From the NCBI GenBank assembly GCA_002269645.1, contig NIVC01002833.1, forward strand, positions 1-64,000: DNA of 64,000 nucleotides, read 5' to 3'. The notes below the pieces were generated by a model, which searched no databases, had not been told where the DNA came from, and was given only the letters and a program-made list of their open reading frames with translations. This document shows positions 18,991 to 32,379 of this stretch, in pieces. This DNA is from Macrostomum lignano. Lineage: Eukaryota. Both the position numbers and the translations under genes were made by a program. The number at the start of each line of letters is the position of its first letter. The first letter of the stretch is position 1.

Positions 18991-21900
18991 TCAATAGATG
19001 CTGGTGAAGGCTGGTTCCGCCGCAGCAGAGGACATTTCTGCACCGGCTGTGCTTTGAGGTTTCTGTTGCTCCTGCTGATGCTGAGTAGCTTGCGAGCGCT
19101 GCATACCGGCCAAGATGAAGTGCCGAGTGGCCAGGAGGGCATCTGTGGCAGCCTGCGGGTTGACATGCGATCGGATTGGAATGCCGTGGCACTCACACAG
19201 GGTGCGCAGCTGCCCTGACTTTCTATGCCTTGGTGAGGGTTGGCCCTATAGCTGAGCTCCTCTGAGTGTTCTTCAAGAAATGCCATTAGCGTTCTAGGTG
19301 TGCTCATTGTGCTGTAATAAAATTAAAATACCCAGAAACTCCAAAAATTTCAAGTAATAGCAAAGCCTCCCAGGACCTTCAAAGGACTTCCAGCACCTTC
19401 AAGGACTCCCAACACCTTCAATGACTCCTAACAACATCAAGGACTCCCAACACCTTCAATGACTCCTAACACCTTCAAGGACTCCTAACACCTTCAATGA
19501 CTCCCAACACCTTCACTGACTCCTAACACCTTCAATGACTCCTAACAACTTCAATGACTCCTAACACCTTCAATGACTCCTAACAACTTCAAGGACTCCT
19601 AACACCTTCAAGGACTCCTAACACCTTCAATGACTCCCAACACCTTCAATGACTCCTAACACCTTCAATGACTCCTAACACCTTCAATGACTCCTAACAC
19701 CTTCAAGGACTCCTAACACCTTCAAGGACTCCTAACACCTTCAATGACTCCCAACACCTTCAATGACTCCTAACAACTTCAAGGACTCCTAACACCTTCA
19801 AGGACTCCTAACACCTTCAAGGACTCCTAACAACTTCAAGGACTCCTAACAACTTCAAGGACTCCCAACACCTTCACTGACTCCTAACACCTTCAATGAC
19901 TCCCAACACCTTCAATGACTACCAACACTTTCACTGACTCCTAACACCTTCAATGACTCCTAACAACTTCAATGACTCCTAACACCTTCAAGGACTCCTA
20001 ACACCTTCAAGGACTCCTAACACCTTCAAGGACTCTAACACCTTCAAGGACTCCTAACACCTTCAAGGACTCCTAACACCTTCAAGGACTCCTAACACCT
20101 TCAATGACTCCCAACACCTTCAATGACTCCTAACACCTTCAATGACTCCTAACACCTTCAATGACTCCTAACACCTTCAATGACTCCTAACACCTTCAAG
20201 GACTCCTAACACCTTCAATGACTCCCAACACCTTCAAGGACTCCTAACACCTTCAAGGACTCCTAACACCTTCAAGGACTCCTAACACCTTCAATGACTC
20301 CTAACACCTTCAAGGACTCCTAACACCTTCAATGACTCCTAACACCTTCAAGGACTCCTAACAACTTCAAGGACTCCTAACGACTTCAAGGACTCCTAAC
20401 ACCTTCAAGGACTCCTAACACCTTCAAGGACTCCTAACACTTTCAAGGACTCCTAACACCTTCAAGGACTCCTAACACCTTCAAGGACTCCTAACACCTT
20501 CAAGGACTCCTAACACCTTCAAGGACTCCTAACACCTTCAAGGACTCCTAACACCTTCAAGGACTCCTAACACCTTCAAGGACTCCTAACACCTTCAATG
20601 ACTCCTAACACCTTCAAGGACTCCTAACACCTTCAAGGACTCCTAACACCTTCAAGGACTCCTAACACCTCCAAGGACTCCCAACACCTCCAAGGACTCC
20701 CCCAAAGTCTTCATCTCTCATCGCCTCACCCGCAGCCTCCGTCTGGCATTGAACTCTCGCAATTTGTTCTGCGCCTCAGCCAGGCTGTCCTCTCGAGCAG
20801 CCAGCCCGCCAACCCACGGATGTCGGAGCGCCTGCCCAGCAGTCAGGCGAGCGTCGGCGTCCAGCACCAGTAGCCTCTCGATGAGGTCGCGCGCGTTCTT
20901 GGAGATGCCCGACCACCAGCGCTGGTCGAATGTGTACTGGGCACGCAGGATTCGACGGTACATGTCGCTGTCATTGTCCGCGTAAAACGGTTCGTAGCCT
21001 CCGAGGCTTTGGAGTGACGAAAGTGGATGGAGAAGACATGGGTGAGTGAAGTGAGGGGGTGTACGGGGTTAGGTGGGTGTAGGGTGAGGTGGGTGTAGGG
21101 GTGGGGTGGGTGTAGGGGTGAGGTGGGTGTAGGGTTGAGGTGGGTTTAGGGGTGAGGTGGGTGTAGGGGTGAGGTGGGTTTAGGGGTGAGGTGGGTGTAG
21201 GAGTGAGGTGGGTGTAGGGGTGAGGTGGGTGTAGGGGTTGAGGTGGGTGTAGGGGGTGAGGTGGGTGTAGGGGTGAGGTGCGTTTAGGGGTGAGGTGGGT
21301 TTAGGGGTGAGGTGGGTGTAGAGGTTAGGTGGGTGTAGGGTAAGGTGGGTGTAGGAGTGAGGTGGGTGTAGGGGTGAGGTGGGTGTAGGGTGAGGTGGGT
21401 GTAGGAGTGAGGTGGGTGTAGGGGTGAGGTGGGTGTAGGGTTGAGGTGGGTGTAGGGGTGAGGTGGGTGTAGGGTTGAGGTGGGTGTAGGGGTGAGGTGG
21501 GTGTAGGGGTGAGGTGGGTGTAGGGGTGAGGTGGGTGTAGGGTTGAGGTGGGTGTAGGGGTGAGGTGGGTGTAGGGGGGGAGGTGGGTGTAGGAGGGAGG
21601 TGGGTGTAGGGGTGAGGTGGGTGTAGGGGGTGAGGTGGGTTAGGGGTGAGGTGGGTCTAGGGGTGAGGTGGGTCTAGGGGTGAGGTGGGTGTAGGGGTGA
21701 GGTAGGTGTAGGGGTGAGGTGGTGTAGGGGGTGAGGTGGTGTAGGGGGGAGGTGGTTGTAGGGGGGAGGTGGGTGTAGGGGGGAGGTGGGTGTAGGGGGG
21801 AGGTGGGTGTAGGGAGTGACCTGGGTGTAGGGAATGAGGTCAATTAACTCGATACAAATAGCAATTACCAACAGAAAGTAAATTAGTAAAAACAAATAAC

Positions 21901-24900
21901 TTTTATTCAATAATATTGCATGATAAAACAAAAAAGTCTTATTAATGTAATCCAAGTTTAATAAATCCAAACCACCATTCAAGTGACTGCTGAAAATTAT
22001 AGTGCACCATTATGAGCAATATACGGTCATAAAAGTATCCCTGACTTTTTTGCGTCCCCATTGATATCCACACAAGGCCTGCGTTTGCCAACTATCGGGA
22101 AACGATCTCCATTCACTGCTATGAAAGGCGGAAGGCGCGTGAAGGCTGGTTGCTTAGCAACTAATCAAGTCAATTTGGTTTCTCTCAATAGGCAAATACG
22201 AGGTACTTGACTTAATTATATTATGCTTATAGATATGGAATCTCAATCAAGTGAGTAGCCTGCCACTAGCTTGGCATGGAAAATGATTAAAAACCGCTGA
22301 ATGATCGTATTTTTCTCACAGATCCTCGGTTGCTAGGCCAGCCTCCCAGATCCTCAGTTGCTGGGCCAGCCTCCCAGATCCTCAGTTGCTGGGCCAGCCT
22401 TCCAGATCCTCAGTTGCTGGGCCAGCCTCCCAGATCCTCAGTTGCTGGGCCAGCCTCTCAGATCCTCAGTTGCTGGGCCAGCCTCCCAGATCCTCAGTTG
22501 CTGGGCCAGCCTCCTAGATCCTCAGTTGCTGGGCTAGCCTCCCAGATCCTCAGTTGCTGGGCCAGCCTCCCAGATCCTCAGTTGCTGAGCCAGCCTCCTA
22601 GATCCCCAGTTGCTGAGCCAGCCTCCCAGATCCCCAGTTGCTATGACAGCCTCCCAGATCCTCAGTTGCTGGGCCAGCCTCCCAGATCCTCAGTTGCTGG
22701 GCCAGCCTCCCAGATCCCCAGTTGCTGGGCCAGCCTCCCAGATCCTCAGTTGCTGGGCCAGCCTCCCAGATCCTCAGTTGCTGGGCCAGCCTCTCAGATC
22801 CTCAGTTGCTGGGCCAGCCTCCCAGATCCTCAGTTGCTGGGCCAGCCTCTCAGATCCTCAGTTGCTGGGCCAGCCTCCCAGATCCTCAGTTGCTGGGCCA
22901 GCCTCCTAGATTCTCAGTTGCTATGCCAGCCTCTCAGATCCTCAGTTGCTGGGCCAGCCTCCCAGATCCTCAGTTGCTGGGCCAGCCTCTCAGATCCTCA
23001 GTTGCTGGGCCAGCCTCCCAGATCCTCAGTTGCTGGGCCAGCCTCCTAGATTCTCAGTTGCTATGCCAGCCTCCCAGATCCTTAGTTGCTGGGCCACCTC
23101 CAAGATCCTCAGTTGCTGGGCCAGCCTCCCAGATCTTCAGTTGCTGGGCCAGCCTCCCAGATCCCCAGTTGCTGAGCCAGCCTCCCAGATCCTCAGTTGC
23201 TAGGCTAGCCTCCTAGATCCTCAGTTGCTGGGCCAGCCTCTCAGATCCTCAGTTGCTGGGCCAGCCTCCCAGATCCCCAGTTGCTGAGCCAGCCTCCCAG
23301 ATCCCAGTTGCTGAGCCAGCCTCCCAGATCCTCAGTTGCTAGGCTAGCCTCCTAGATCCTCAGTTGCTGGGCCAGCCTCCCAGATCCTCAGTTGCTGGGC
23401 CAGCCTCCCAGATCCCCAGTTGCTGAGCCAGCCTCCCAGATCCCCAGTTGCTATGCCAGCCTCCCAGATCCTCAGTTGATGGGCCAGCCTCCCAGATCCT
23501 CAGTTGCTGGGCCAGCCTCTCAGATCCTCAGTTGCTGGGCCAGCCTCCCAGTTCCTCAGTTGCTGGGCCAGCCTCTCAGATCCTCAGTTGCTGGGCCAGC
23601 CTCCCAGATCCTCAGTTGCTGGGCCAGCCTCTCAGATCCTCAGTTGCTGGGCCAGCCTCCCAGATCCCCAGTTGCTATGCCAGCCTCCCAGATCCCCAGT
23701 TGCTATGCCAGCCTCCCAGATCCTCAGTTGCTGGGCCAGCCTCTCAGATCCTCAGTTGCTGGGCTAGCCTCCCAGATCCTCAGTTGCTGGGCTAGCCTCC
23801 CAGATCCTCAGTTGCTGGACCAGCCTCCCAGATCCTCAGTTGCTAGGCTAGCTTCCTAGATCCTCAGTTGCTGGGCCAGCCTCCCAGATCTTCAGTTGCT
23901 GGGCCAGCCTCCCAGATCCCCAGTTGCTGAGCCAGCCTCCCAGATCCTCAGTTGCTAGGCTAGCCTCCTAGATCCTCAGTTGCTGGGCCAGCCTCCCAGA
24001 TCCTCAGTTGCTGGGCCAGCCTCCCAGATCCTCAGTTGCTGGGCCAGCCTCTCAGATCCTCAGTTGCTGGGCCAGCCTCCTAGATTCTCAGTTGCTATGC
24101 CAGCCTCCCAGATCCTTAGTTGCTGGGCCACCTCCAAGATCCTCAGTTGCTGGGCCAGCCTCCCAGATCTTCAGTTGCTGGGCCAGCCTCCCAGATCCCC
24201 AGTTGCTGAGCCAGCCTCCCAGATCCTCAGTTGCTAGGCTAGCCTCCTAGATCCTCAGTTGCTGGGCCAGCCTCTCAGATCCTCAGTTGCTGGGCCAGCC
24301 TCCCAGATCCCCAGTTGCTGAGCCAGCCTCCCAGATCCCCAGTTGCTGAGCCAGCCTCCCAGATCCTCAGTTGCTAGGCTAGCCTCCTAGATCCTCAGTT
24401 GCTGGGCCAGCCTCCCAGATCCTCAGTTGCTGGGCCAGCCTCCCAGATCCCCAGTTGCTGAGCCAGCCTCCCAGATCCCCAGTTGCTATGCCAGCCTCCC
24501 AGATCCTCAGTTGCTGGGCCAGCCTCCCAGATCCTCAGTTGCTGGGCCAGCCTCCAGATCCTCAGTTGCTGGGCCAGCCTCCCAGATCCTCAGTTGCTGG
24601 GCCAGCCTCTCAGATCCTCAGTTGCTGGGCCAGCCTCCCAGATCCCCAGTTGCTATGCCAGCCTCCCAGATCCCCAGTTGCTGGGCCAGCCTCCCAGATC
24701 CCCAGTTGCTGGGCTAGCCTCCCAGATCCTCAGTTGCTGGGCCAGCCTCCCAGATCCCCAGTTTCTGGGCCAGCCTCCCAGATCCACAGTTGCTGGGCTA
24801 GCCTCCCAGATCCTCAGTTGCTGGGCCAGCCTCCCAGATCCCCAGTTGCTGGGCCAGCCTCCTAGATTCTCAGTTGCTATGCCAGCCTCCCAGATCCTCA

Positions 24901-27900
24901 GTTGCTGGGCCAGCCTCCCAGATCCCCAGTTGCTGGGCCAGCCTCCCAGATCCTCAGTTGCTGGGCTAGCCTCCCAGATCCTCAGTTGCTGGGCCAGCCT
25001 CCCAGATCCCCAGTTGCTGGGCCAGCCTCCTAGATTCTCAGTTGCTATGCCAGCCTCCCAGATCCTCAGTTGCTGGGCCAGCCTCCCAGATCCCCAGTTG
25101 CTATGCCAGCCTCCCAGATCCTCAGTTGCTGGGCCAGCCTCCCAGATCCTCAGTTGCTGGGCCAGCCTCCCAGATCCCAGTTGCTGGGCCAGCCTCCCAG
25201 ATCCCCAGTTGCTATGCCAGCCTCCCAGATCCTCAGTTGCTGGGCCAGCCTCCCAGATCCTCAGTTGCTGGGCCAGCCTCCCAGATCCTCAGTTGCTGGG
25301 CCAGCCTCCCAGATCCCCAGTTGCTATGCCAGCCTCCCAGATCCTTAGTTGCTGGGCCACCTCCAAGATCCTCAGTTGCTGGGCCAGCCTCCCAGATCCT
25401 CAGTTGCTGGGCCAGCCTCCCAGATCCCAGTTGCTGGCCAGCCTCCCAGATCCTCAGTTGCTGGGCCAGCCTCCCAGATCCCAGTTGCTGGGCCAGCCTC
25501 CAGATCCTCAGTTGCTGGGCCAGCCTCCCAGATCCTCAGTTGCTGGGCCAGCCTCCAGATCCTCAGTTGCTGGGCCAGCCTCCCAGATCCTCAGTTGCTG
25601 GGCCAGCCTCCCAGATCCTCAGTTGCTGGGCCAGCCTCCAGATCTCAGTTGCTATGCCAGCCTCCCAGATCCTCAGTTGCTGGGCCACCTCCAGATCCTC
25701 AGTTGCTGGGCCAGCCTCCCAGATCCTCAGTTGCTGGGCCAGCCTCCCAGATCCCAGTTGCTGAGCCAGCCTCCCAGATCCTCAGTTGCTAGGCAGCCTC
25801 CTAGATCCTCAGTTGCTGGGCTAGCCTCCCAGATCCTCAGTTGCTGGGCCAGCCTCCCAGATCCTCAGTTGCTGAGCCAGCCTCCTAGATCCCCAGTTGC
25901 TGAGCCAGCCTCCCAGATCCCCAGTTGCTATGCCAGCCTCCCAGATCCTCAGTTGCTGGGCCAGCCTCCCAGATCCTCAGTTGCTGAGCCAGCCTCCCAG
26001 ATCCCCAGTTGCTGGGCCAGCCTCCCAGATCCTCAGTTGCTGGGCCAGCCTCCCAGATCCTCAGTTGCTGGGCCAGCCTCTAGATCCTCAGTTGCTGGGC
26101 CAGCCTCCCAGATCCTCAGTTGCTGGGCCAGCCTCTCAGATCCTCAGTTGCTGGGCCAGCCTCCCAGATCCTCAGTTGCTGGGCCAGCCTCCTAGATTCT
26201 CAGTTGCTATGCCAGCCTCCCAGATCCTTAGTTGCTGGGCCAGCCTCCAGATCCTCAGTTGCTGAGCCAGCCTCCCAGATCTTCAGTTGCTGGGCCAGCC
26301 TCCCAGATCCCCAGTTGCTGAGCCAGCCTCCCAGATCCTCAGTTGCTAGGCCAGCCTCCCAGATCCTCAGTTGTTGGGCCAGCCTCTCAGATCCTCAGTT
26401 GCTGGGCCAGCCTCCCAGATCCCCAGTTGCTGAGCCAGCCTCCCAGATCCCCAGTTGCTGAGCCAGCCTCCCAGATCCTCAGTTGCTAGGCTAGCCTCCT
26501 AGATCCTCAGTTGCTGGGCCAGCCTCCCAGATCCTCAGTTGCTGGGCCAGCCTCCCAGATCCCCAGTTGCTGAGCCAGCCTCCCAGATCCCCAGTTGCTA
26601 TGCCAGCCTCCCAGATCCTCAGTTGCTGGGCCAGCCTCCCAGATCCTCAGTTGCTGGGCCAGCCTCCCAGATCCTCAGTTGCTGGGCTAGCCTCCCAGAT
26701 CCTCAGTTGCTGGGCTAGCCTCCCAGATCCTCAGTTGCTGGACCAGCCTCCCAGATCCTCAGTTGCTAGGCTAGCTTCCTAGATCCTCAGTTGCTGGGCC
26801 AGCCTCCCAGATCTTCAGTTGCTGGGCCAGCCTCCCAGATCCCCAGTTGCTGAGCCAGCCTCCCAGATCCTCAGTTGCTAGGCTAGCCTCCTAGATCCTC
26901 AGTTGCTGGGCCAGCCTCTCAGATCCTCAGTTGCTGGGCCAGCCTCCCAGATCCTTAGTTGCTGGGCCACCTCCAAGATCCTCAGTTGCTGGGCCAGCCT
27001 CCCAGATCTCAGTTGCTGGGCCAGCCTCCCAGATCCCAGTTGCTGGCCAGCCTCCCAGATCCTCAGTTGCTGGCTAGCCTCCTAGATCCTCAGTTGCTGG
27101 GCCAGCCTCCAGATCCTCAGTTGCTGGGCCAGCCTCCCAGATCCCCAGTTGCTGAGCCAGCCTCCCAGATCCCCAGTTGCTGAGCCAGCCTCCCAGATCC
27201 TCAGTTGCTAGGCTAGCCTCCTAGATCCTCAGTTGCTGGGCCAGCCTCCCAGATCCTCAGTTGCTGGGCCAGCCTCCCAGATCCCCAGTTGCTGAGCCAG
27301 CCTCCCAGATCCCCAGTTGCTATGCCAGCCTCCCAGATCCTCAGTTGCTGGGCTAGCCTCCCAGATCCTCAGTTGCTGGGCCAGCCTCCCAGATCCCCAG
27401 TTGCTGGGCCAGCCTCCCAGATCCTCAGTTGCTGGGCCAGCCTCCCAGATCCTCAGTTGCTGGGCCAGCCTCCCAGATTCCCAGTTGCTGGGCCAGCCTC
27501 CTAGATTCTCAGTTGCTGGGCCAGCCTCCCAGATCCTCAGTTGCTGGGCCAGCCTCCCAGATCCTCAGTTGCTGGGCCAGCCTCCCAGATCCTCAGTTGC
27601 TGGGCCAGCCTCCCAGATCCTCAGTTGCTGGGCCAGCCTCCCAGATCCCAGTTGCTGGGCCAGCCTCCTAGATCCAGTTGCTGGGCCAGCCTCCAGATCC
27701 TCAGTTGCTGGGCCAGCCTCTCAGATCCTCAGTTGCTGGGCCAGCCTCCCAGATCCTCAGTTGCTGGGCCAGCCTCTCAGATCCTCAGTTGCTGGGCCAG
27801 CCTCCCAGATCCTCAGTTGCTGGGCCAGCCTCCCAGATCCTCAGTTGCTGGGCCAGCCTCCAGATCCTCAGTTGCTGGGCCAGCCTCCCAGATCCTCAGT

Positions 27901-30815
27901 TGCTGGGCCAGCCTCCCAGATCCCCAGTTGCTGGGCCAGCCTCCCAGATCCACAGTTGCTGGGCTAGCCTCCCAGATCCTCAGTTGCTGGGCCAGCCTCC
28001 CAGATCCCAGTTGCTGGGCCAGCCTCCCAGATCCAGTTGCTATGCTGGGCAGCCTCCCAGATCCTCAGTTGCTGGGCCAGCCTCCCAGATCCCAGTTGCT
28101 GGGCCAGTTGCTCAGGGCCAGCCTCTCAGTTGCTGGCCATCCTCAGTTGCTGGCTGCCAGCCTCTCAGATTTTCAGTTGCTGCTCCACTACCTTTGACAC
28201 TGGGCTCAACCGACCTCATGTTCACTCGCATTTAAAGAATAAAAACACATCTCGCACAGAAAATGCCTATACAAAAGTCATGAGAAATTTTTTTCGCCCT
28301 AAGTCTCAACGATTATTCGTTCCACGCTCTCACATATTCGTTTCTAAGTCTTATTCTCCAGCTCTCTCTGTTTTATTGCCGCAGCAAAATGCAAATACAG
28401 CAGTGACTCGCTCTAAAACAAACTGAACCGGCCAGCAGTCGGCAACTTCAATCTTTATGTGAAGCTGTGTGGGCCTTTGTTTCTAAATTTAGCCTTAAAA
28501 GTTGGGGAGCTAATGTTAATTAATGGTACTCTATTATTGCTCCTTAGTATACCTCACATGCTTAAAGTAGTGCAATTAGCCATCATAATGCTACAAATTA
28601 GCTTGATTGCGTGAAATAATACCGAAGTAGTCATGAATTAAATCTCTAGCTCTACATGCTAGCATTGCGCACTATACCGACAATATGCACAATTTAGTCT
28701 AATTAGGCACTCCTAGCAGTGTTGCATCGATATTTAAATCCCAATAGTACACCACTTCACTCTCCCCACTTCATACCCACCTCATTCCCCAACCCTACAC
28801 CCACCTCATTCCCCAACTTTACACCCACCTCATTCCCCAACTTTACACCCACCTCACTCCCCAACTTTACACCCACCTCACTCCCCAACTTTACACCCAC
28901 CTCACGTCCTCACTCCCCAACCCTACACTCACCTCACTCTCCAACTTTACACCCACCTCACTCCCCAACTTTACACCCACCTCACTCCCCAACTTTACAC
29001 CCACCTCACGTCCTCACTCCCCAACCCTACACTCACCTCACTCTCCAACTTTACACCCACCTCACTCCCCAACTTTACACCCACCTCACTCCCCAACTTT
29101 ACACCCACCTCACGTCCTCACTCCCCAACCCTACACTCACCTCACTCTCCAACTTTACACCCACCTCACTCTCCAACTTTACACCCACCTCACTCCCCAA
29201 CTTTACACCCACCTCACTCCCCAACTTTACACCCACCTCACTCTCCAACCCTACACCCACCTCACTCCTCTACCCTACTCTACAGCCTCCAACAGCCACA
29301 TAGCCGCTTACAGAATAAAAGCAATGACTCCAACGCTCCACATGTCCATGGCGGTGCCACAGCCTCTGCGCAGCAGAACCTCAGGCGCACAATAGCCCGG
29401 AGTACCGCACACAGATCTCGTATGCACGTCAGAGTCGGCAATTTTGCTCAAACCGAAATCAGCTAAGGAAAGGAAGTGTTGAAAAGTGAAAATTTAGAAC
29501 TTTAAAATCATTATTGAAACGAGCGTATCCAATATGGTTATTTGCAACTCACCAATTTTCAATTTGGCCTCTTCGCGTTCGTCTTCGTAAAGCAAATTCT
29601 CCGGCTAAAATCAAATGGGACCAAGTTTTCATATTCAGTAGGGGCGTTTGGTGTGTATTGTAACTTTCATGCAGTTAGAAACCTTGAGATCGCGATGAAT
29701 AATGCCCCGCTCGTGCAGATACCTCAAGCCGTCTAGCAATTGTCCAAAGCATTGGGACGCGTCTTTCTCGTTGTAACTGCCGCGACTGACAATTCTGTAA
29801 GTTTAGTCACGGAAAGCAGCTGTCATTTGTTGGCTAAAAGAGTTTTATCATTTCCAATCATTAGTTCCAGCCCATAAAGATATTACATGATCGTCCAATT
29901 CAAGCGCGCAAATACTGTACTCGTACGCAGACACTCTCTGTGCCTTGAGCCTTTCTTCTGTTCAGAAATCAGAAATTAAATTAAATTTAGATGAGAATGG
30001 GCCCAAGACAAATATGTTATCTGTTTTCCTACAAAGCTTCACAAAGTACAAAACCTTACCTGTCAAACAGTTCCCCACCTGTGACCAATTCCAGGACCAT
30101 GAAGAAATGATTTGGCGTTTCAAACACTTCCTTTAATCTAATCTGTTGGAGGTAGTTTAAATCAAAGTTTTTTTAGATAAGCTGTTCTTAGACAGAAAAT
30201 CTATTACATTTTTTAGCAAATATGAAGTGGCTCACAATATTTTCATGACTGACACTGAACAGGATACCAATCTCAGCTGTTACTATTCTCTTATCCACCT
30301 GGATAAAAAGTAATGTTTTTGATTTTTCAAATAAAACAGGAAAGTTGACTATAATTTATGTTCTTAGTGAATATACTTTAACCTGGCAAACTATACTCAC
30401 CTTCTTTTGTATCACTTTTGCTGCCCATTTTTCACTTGAGCCAATTCTGTTGCACTCATGCACAACAGATGTTCCACCCCTTTAATGTGAATTTTTTAAG
30501 TTTATATTATGTAAAGTTGTAGCAACAATAAAATAAATTTTATCTCAAAAAATTATTTTAAGGAAAAAAATACAATATACATTTGTTCAATGAATTTATT
30601 GGCAGTAGGGATCCTCAAAAATTGTCCATGTAACACACTTTAAATCTTTATTTACTGAATTTAACCACTATTAATATCACCACTGTGTGCTTATGTTGTT
30701 GATTAAAGTTGATCACTCAATGTATAACTTACTTTCCCAATTCCTTTCCTAAGTCGTAAACGTCTTCAAAACGAATGTCTTTGATGCTTTCATACAGCCA
30801 ATAGTCCGAGTTCAT
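18991..30815 (-). CDS. CAMK4: Ca2+/calmodulin-dependent protein kinase, CaMKIV/CaMKI family, 353 aa
   Basis: Exons 30815-30733, 30479-30401, 30298-30236, 30142-30060, 29794-29683, 29604-29553, 29462-29312, 21006-20730, 19152-18991 total 1062 nt and are open. Motifs: [71 protein letters not shown], and the autoregulatory [14 protein letters not shown]. The symbol reflects family resemblance. Confidence 0.93.
19370..20700. repeat. 19-bp minisatellite, about 70 copies (last kinase intron)
   Basis: Unit TCCTAACACCTTCAAGGAC. Confidence 0.95.
21050..21830. repeat. 17-bp G-rich minisatellite
   Basis: Unit GGGGTGAGGTGGGTGTA. Confidence 0.93.
22318..28190. repeat. 28-bp satellite, about 210 copies, with ~1034-bp higher-order structure
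   Basis: Unit CAGTTGCTGGGCCAGCCTCCCAGATCCT. Identical variant blocks sit 1034 bp apart (ORF track 22946-23203 vs 23980-24237). Confidence 0.97.
28765..29280. repeat. 24-bp C-rich minisatellite
   Basis: Unit ACTTTACACCCACCTCACTCCCCA. Confidence 0.93.
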
Positions 30816-31428
30816 ATCTGTTTACGGAGATAGCCAGAACTAGAAATTAACCAAGTGAGGCCGCGATCCTGAGTAAAATTCGTAAGTTAAGTATAGCTCG
30901 AAAGTAAAAAAGTCACGCTCATTAAATTCGTACCATTCTAGACTCCAAATATGAACACTGTAAACTAAAAGGATTAAATGAATAGATTCAACTCCTGTCA
31001 TGGTTCTTTGTATAGTTGAACATTATCAACGCCTTTTTACTACACTTAACAAATTCTTAGTTTAAAAAATTGTTTTACTCGGCACGATAAAAAGAGGCGA
31101 TATTATAAACGCACACTTGATTTTGTTCTTAAAAACGATCATTGGTTTTTATGCCATTGCGACATTGCGACATTAAAGAAAAAATACTACCACATCTTCC
31201 AATAGGTAAGTAAAAAACAAATTCTTATATAGTTTAAACTCTTACTCGTAGTGATAAAAATACGCAGCTAAGTGTGTGTATGCATAGAGCAAATTCGCTT
31301 CTAAGCTATTAATTTTCGACCGAAATTATCTAATATTACTTAGTATTAGTTAGCTAATCATTTATTATATATTATTCATAAAAATAAACTAATAATATAT
31401 TCGTAATTTTTGATTCCAAATCAAAGCA

Positions 31429-32327
31429 ATGTTGGCGGTGACGAAGCTTCAATATCAACTGTTCTGTCGATCGATTCTAGTTCGCATTCTTATATTGACC
31501 TTTGTGTCAAGTTCTGCGGTTCGCTTAAATAAACATCCGTGCTCTGAAGTCGCGTGCACTATGACGATCGAACCTGGGGACACATTTGAACCACAGTGCA
31601 ACAAATTTGTTGGCTTTATGTTGCTTATGGAGCCTGGCAAGAAAGTAACGTTTCAGAAGAAAGCAGAGCCGGAACTCAGCAACAGCCCATTTGACTTAGA
31701 AACTATCGACTCTACGGGCGACTGCTCTCTTTCGGCAGAGAATTTCACCCAAGCATTGCAGCGAAAGTACGTCATCTCACACAATACGTGCACACAATAT
31801 AATTGAGTTTTTAACACTAAGAGTTGCCCTATAATTACCGCAGAACCGACTGCTTCGTTGCTGATCGCGGCGGCTACTTCAATTGCCAGATTAAAAATCC
31901 GAAATCGGTCAGAGAGGCTCTGCACCACGGGTGCTTCTCAGAGAAGCGAATTCTTAACGGGTCCTACAACTGCAGTAAGTTGATCTTTCAGTAACAATAG
32001 GTTAAATATTATTATTTAAATGAAATGACCTTGTCCAAACAGGTTAAACTTCGGTTATTGCGAAGTAGATCCGGGGACTTTGGCTGGAGAATTGGGAGAG
32101 ACCCACTCATTGCGACAGTGATAAATGACTGATAACGATCCCTGCGACTAAAACTCATACAAGATAAAAAAAGTTACTTCCAGTCAAAAACTGAAATATT
32201 AATTTAATTTTAGTAAACTCCAGCAGTGCAGGATTCACCTTGACGACAAAGCAGCCCTCGATGCTCGAACAGAAACTGCCCACTTCCAATCCTCAAAGCG
32301 ACAGGCAGGATGGAGCCGGACGGTTTG
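31429..32327 (+). CDS. Signal-peptide-bearing Cys-containing protein of unknown function; 3' end uncertain (separate gene or alternative 5' exons of the adhesion GPCR)
   Basis: Exons 31429-31766, 31844-31974, 32232-32327 are phase-consistent with good splice sites (gtacgt, gtaagt, gtgagt). Hydrophobic N-terminus ILVRILILTFVSSSA. No recognisable domain. Confidence 0.6.
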
Positions 32328-32379
32328 GTGAGTTGAAAAATAAATAAACTTTAAATGAACTCACATCTGCATGCGACTC

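Noticed and set aside
22318-28190. CRISPR-like array (28-bp partly palindromic repeat) and 100-570-aa ORFs
   Set aside because: Units are head-to-tail with no unique spacers, no cas genes are present and the context is eukaryotic intron. The ORFs only reflect a stop-poor unit.
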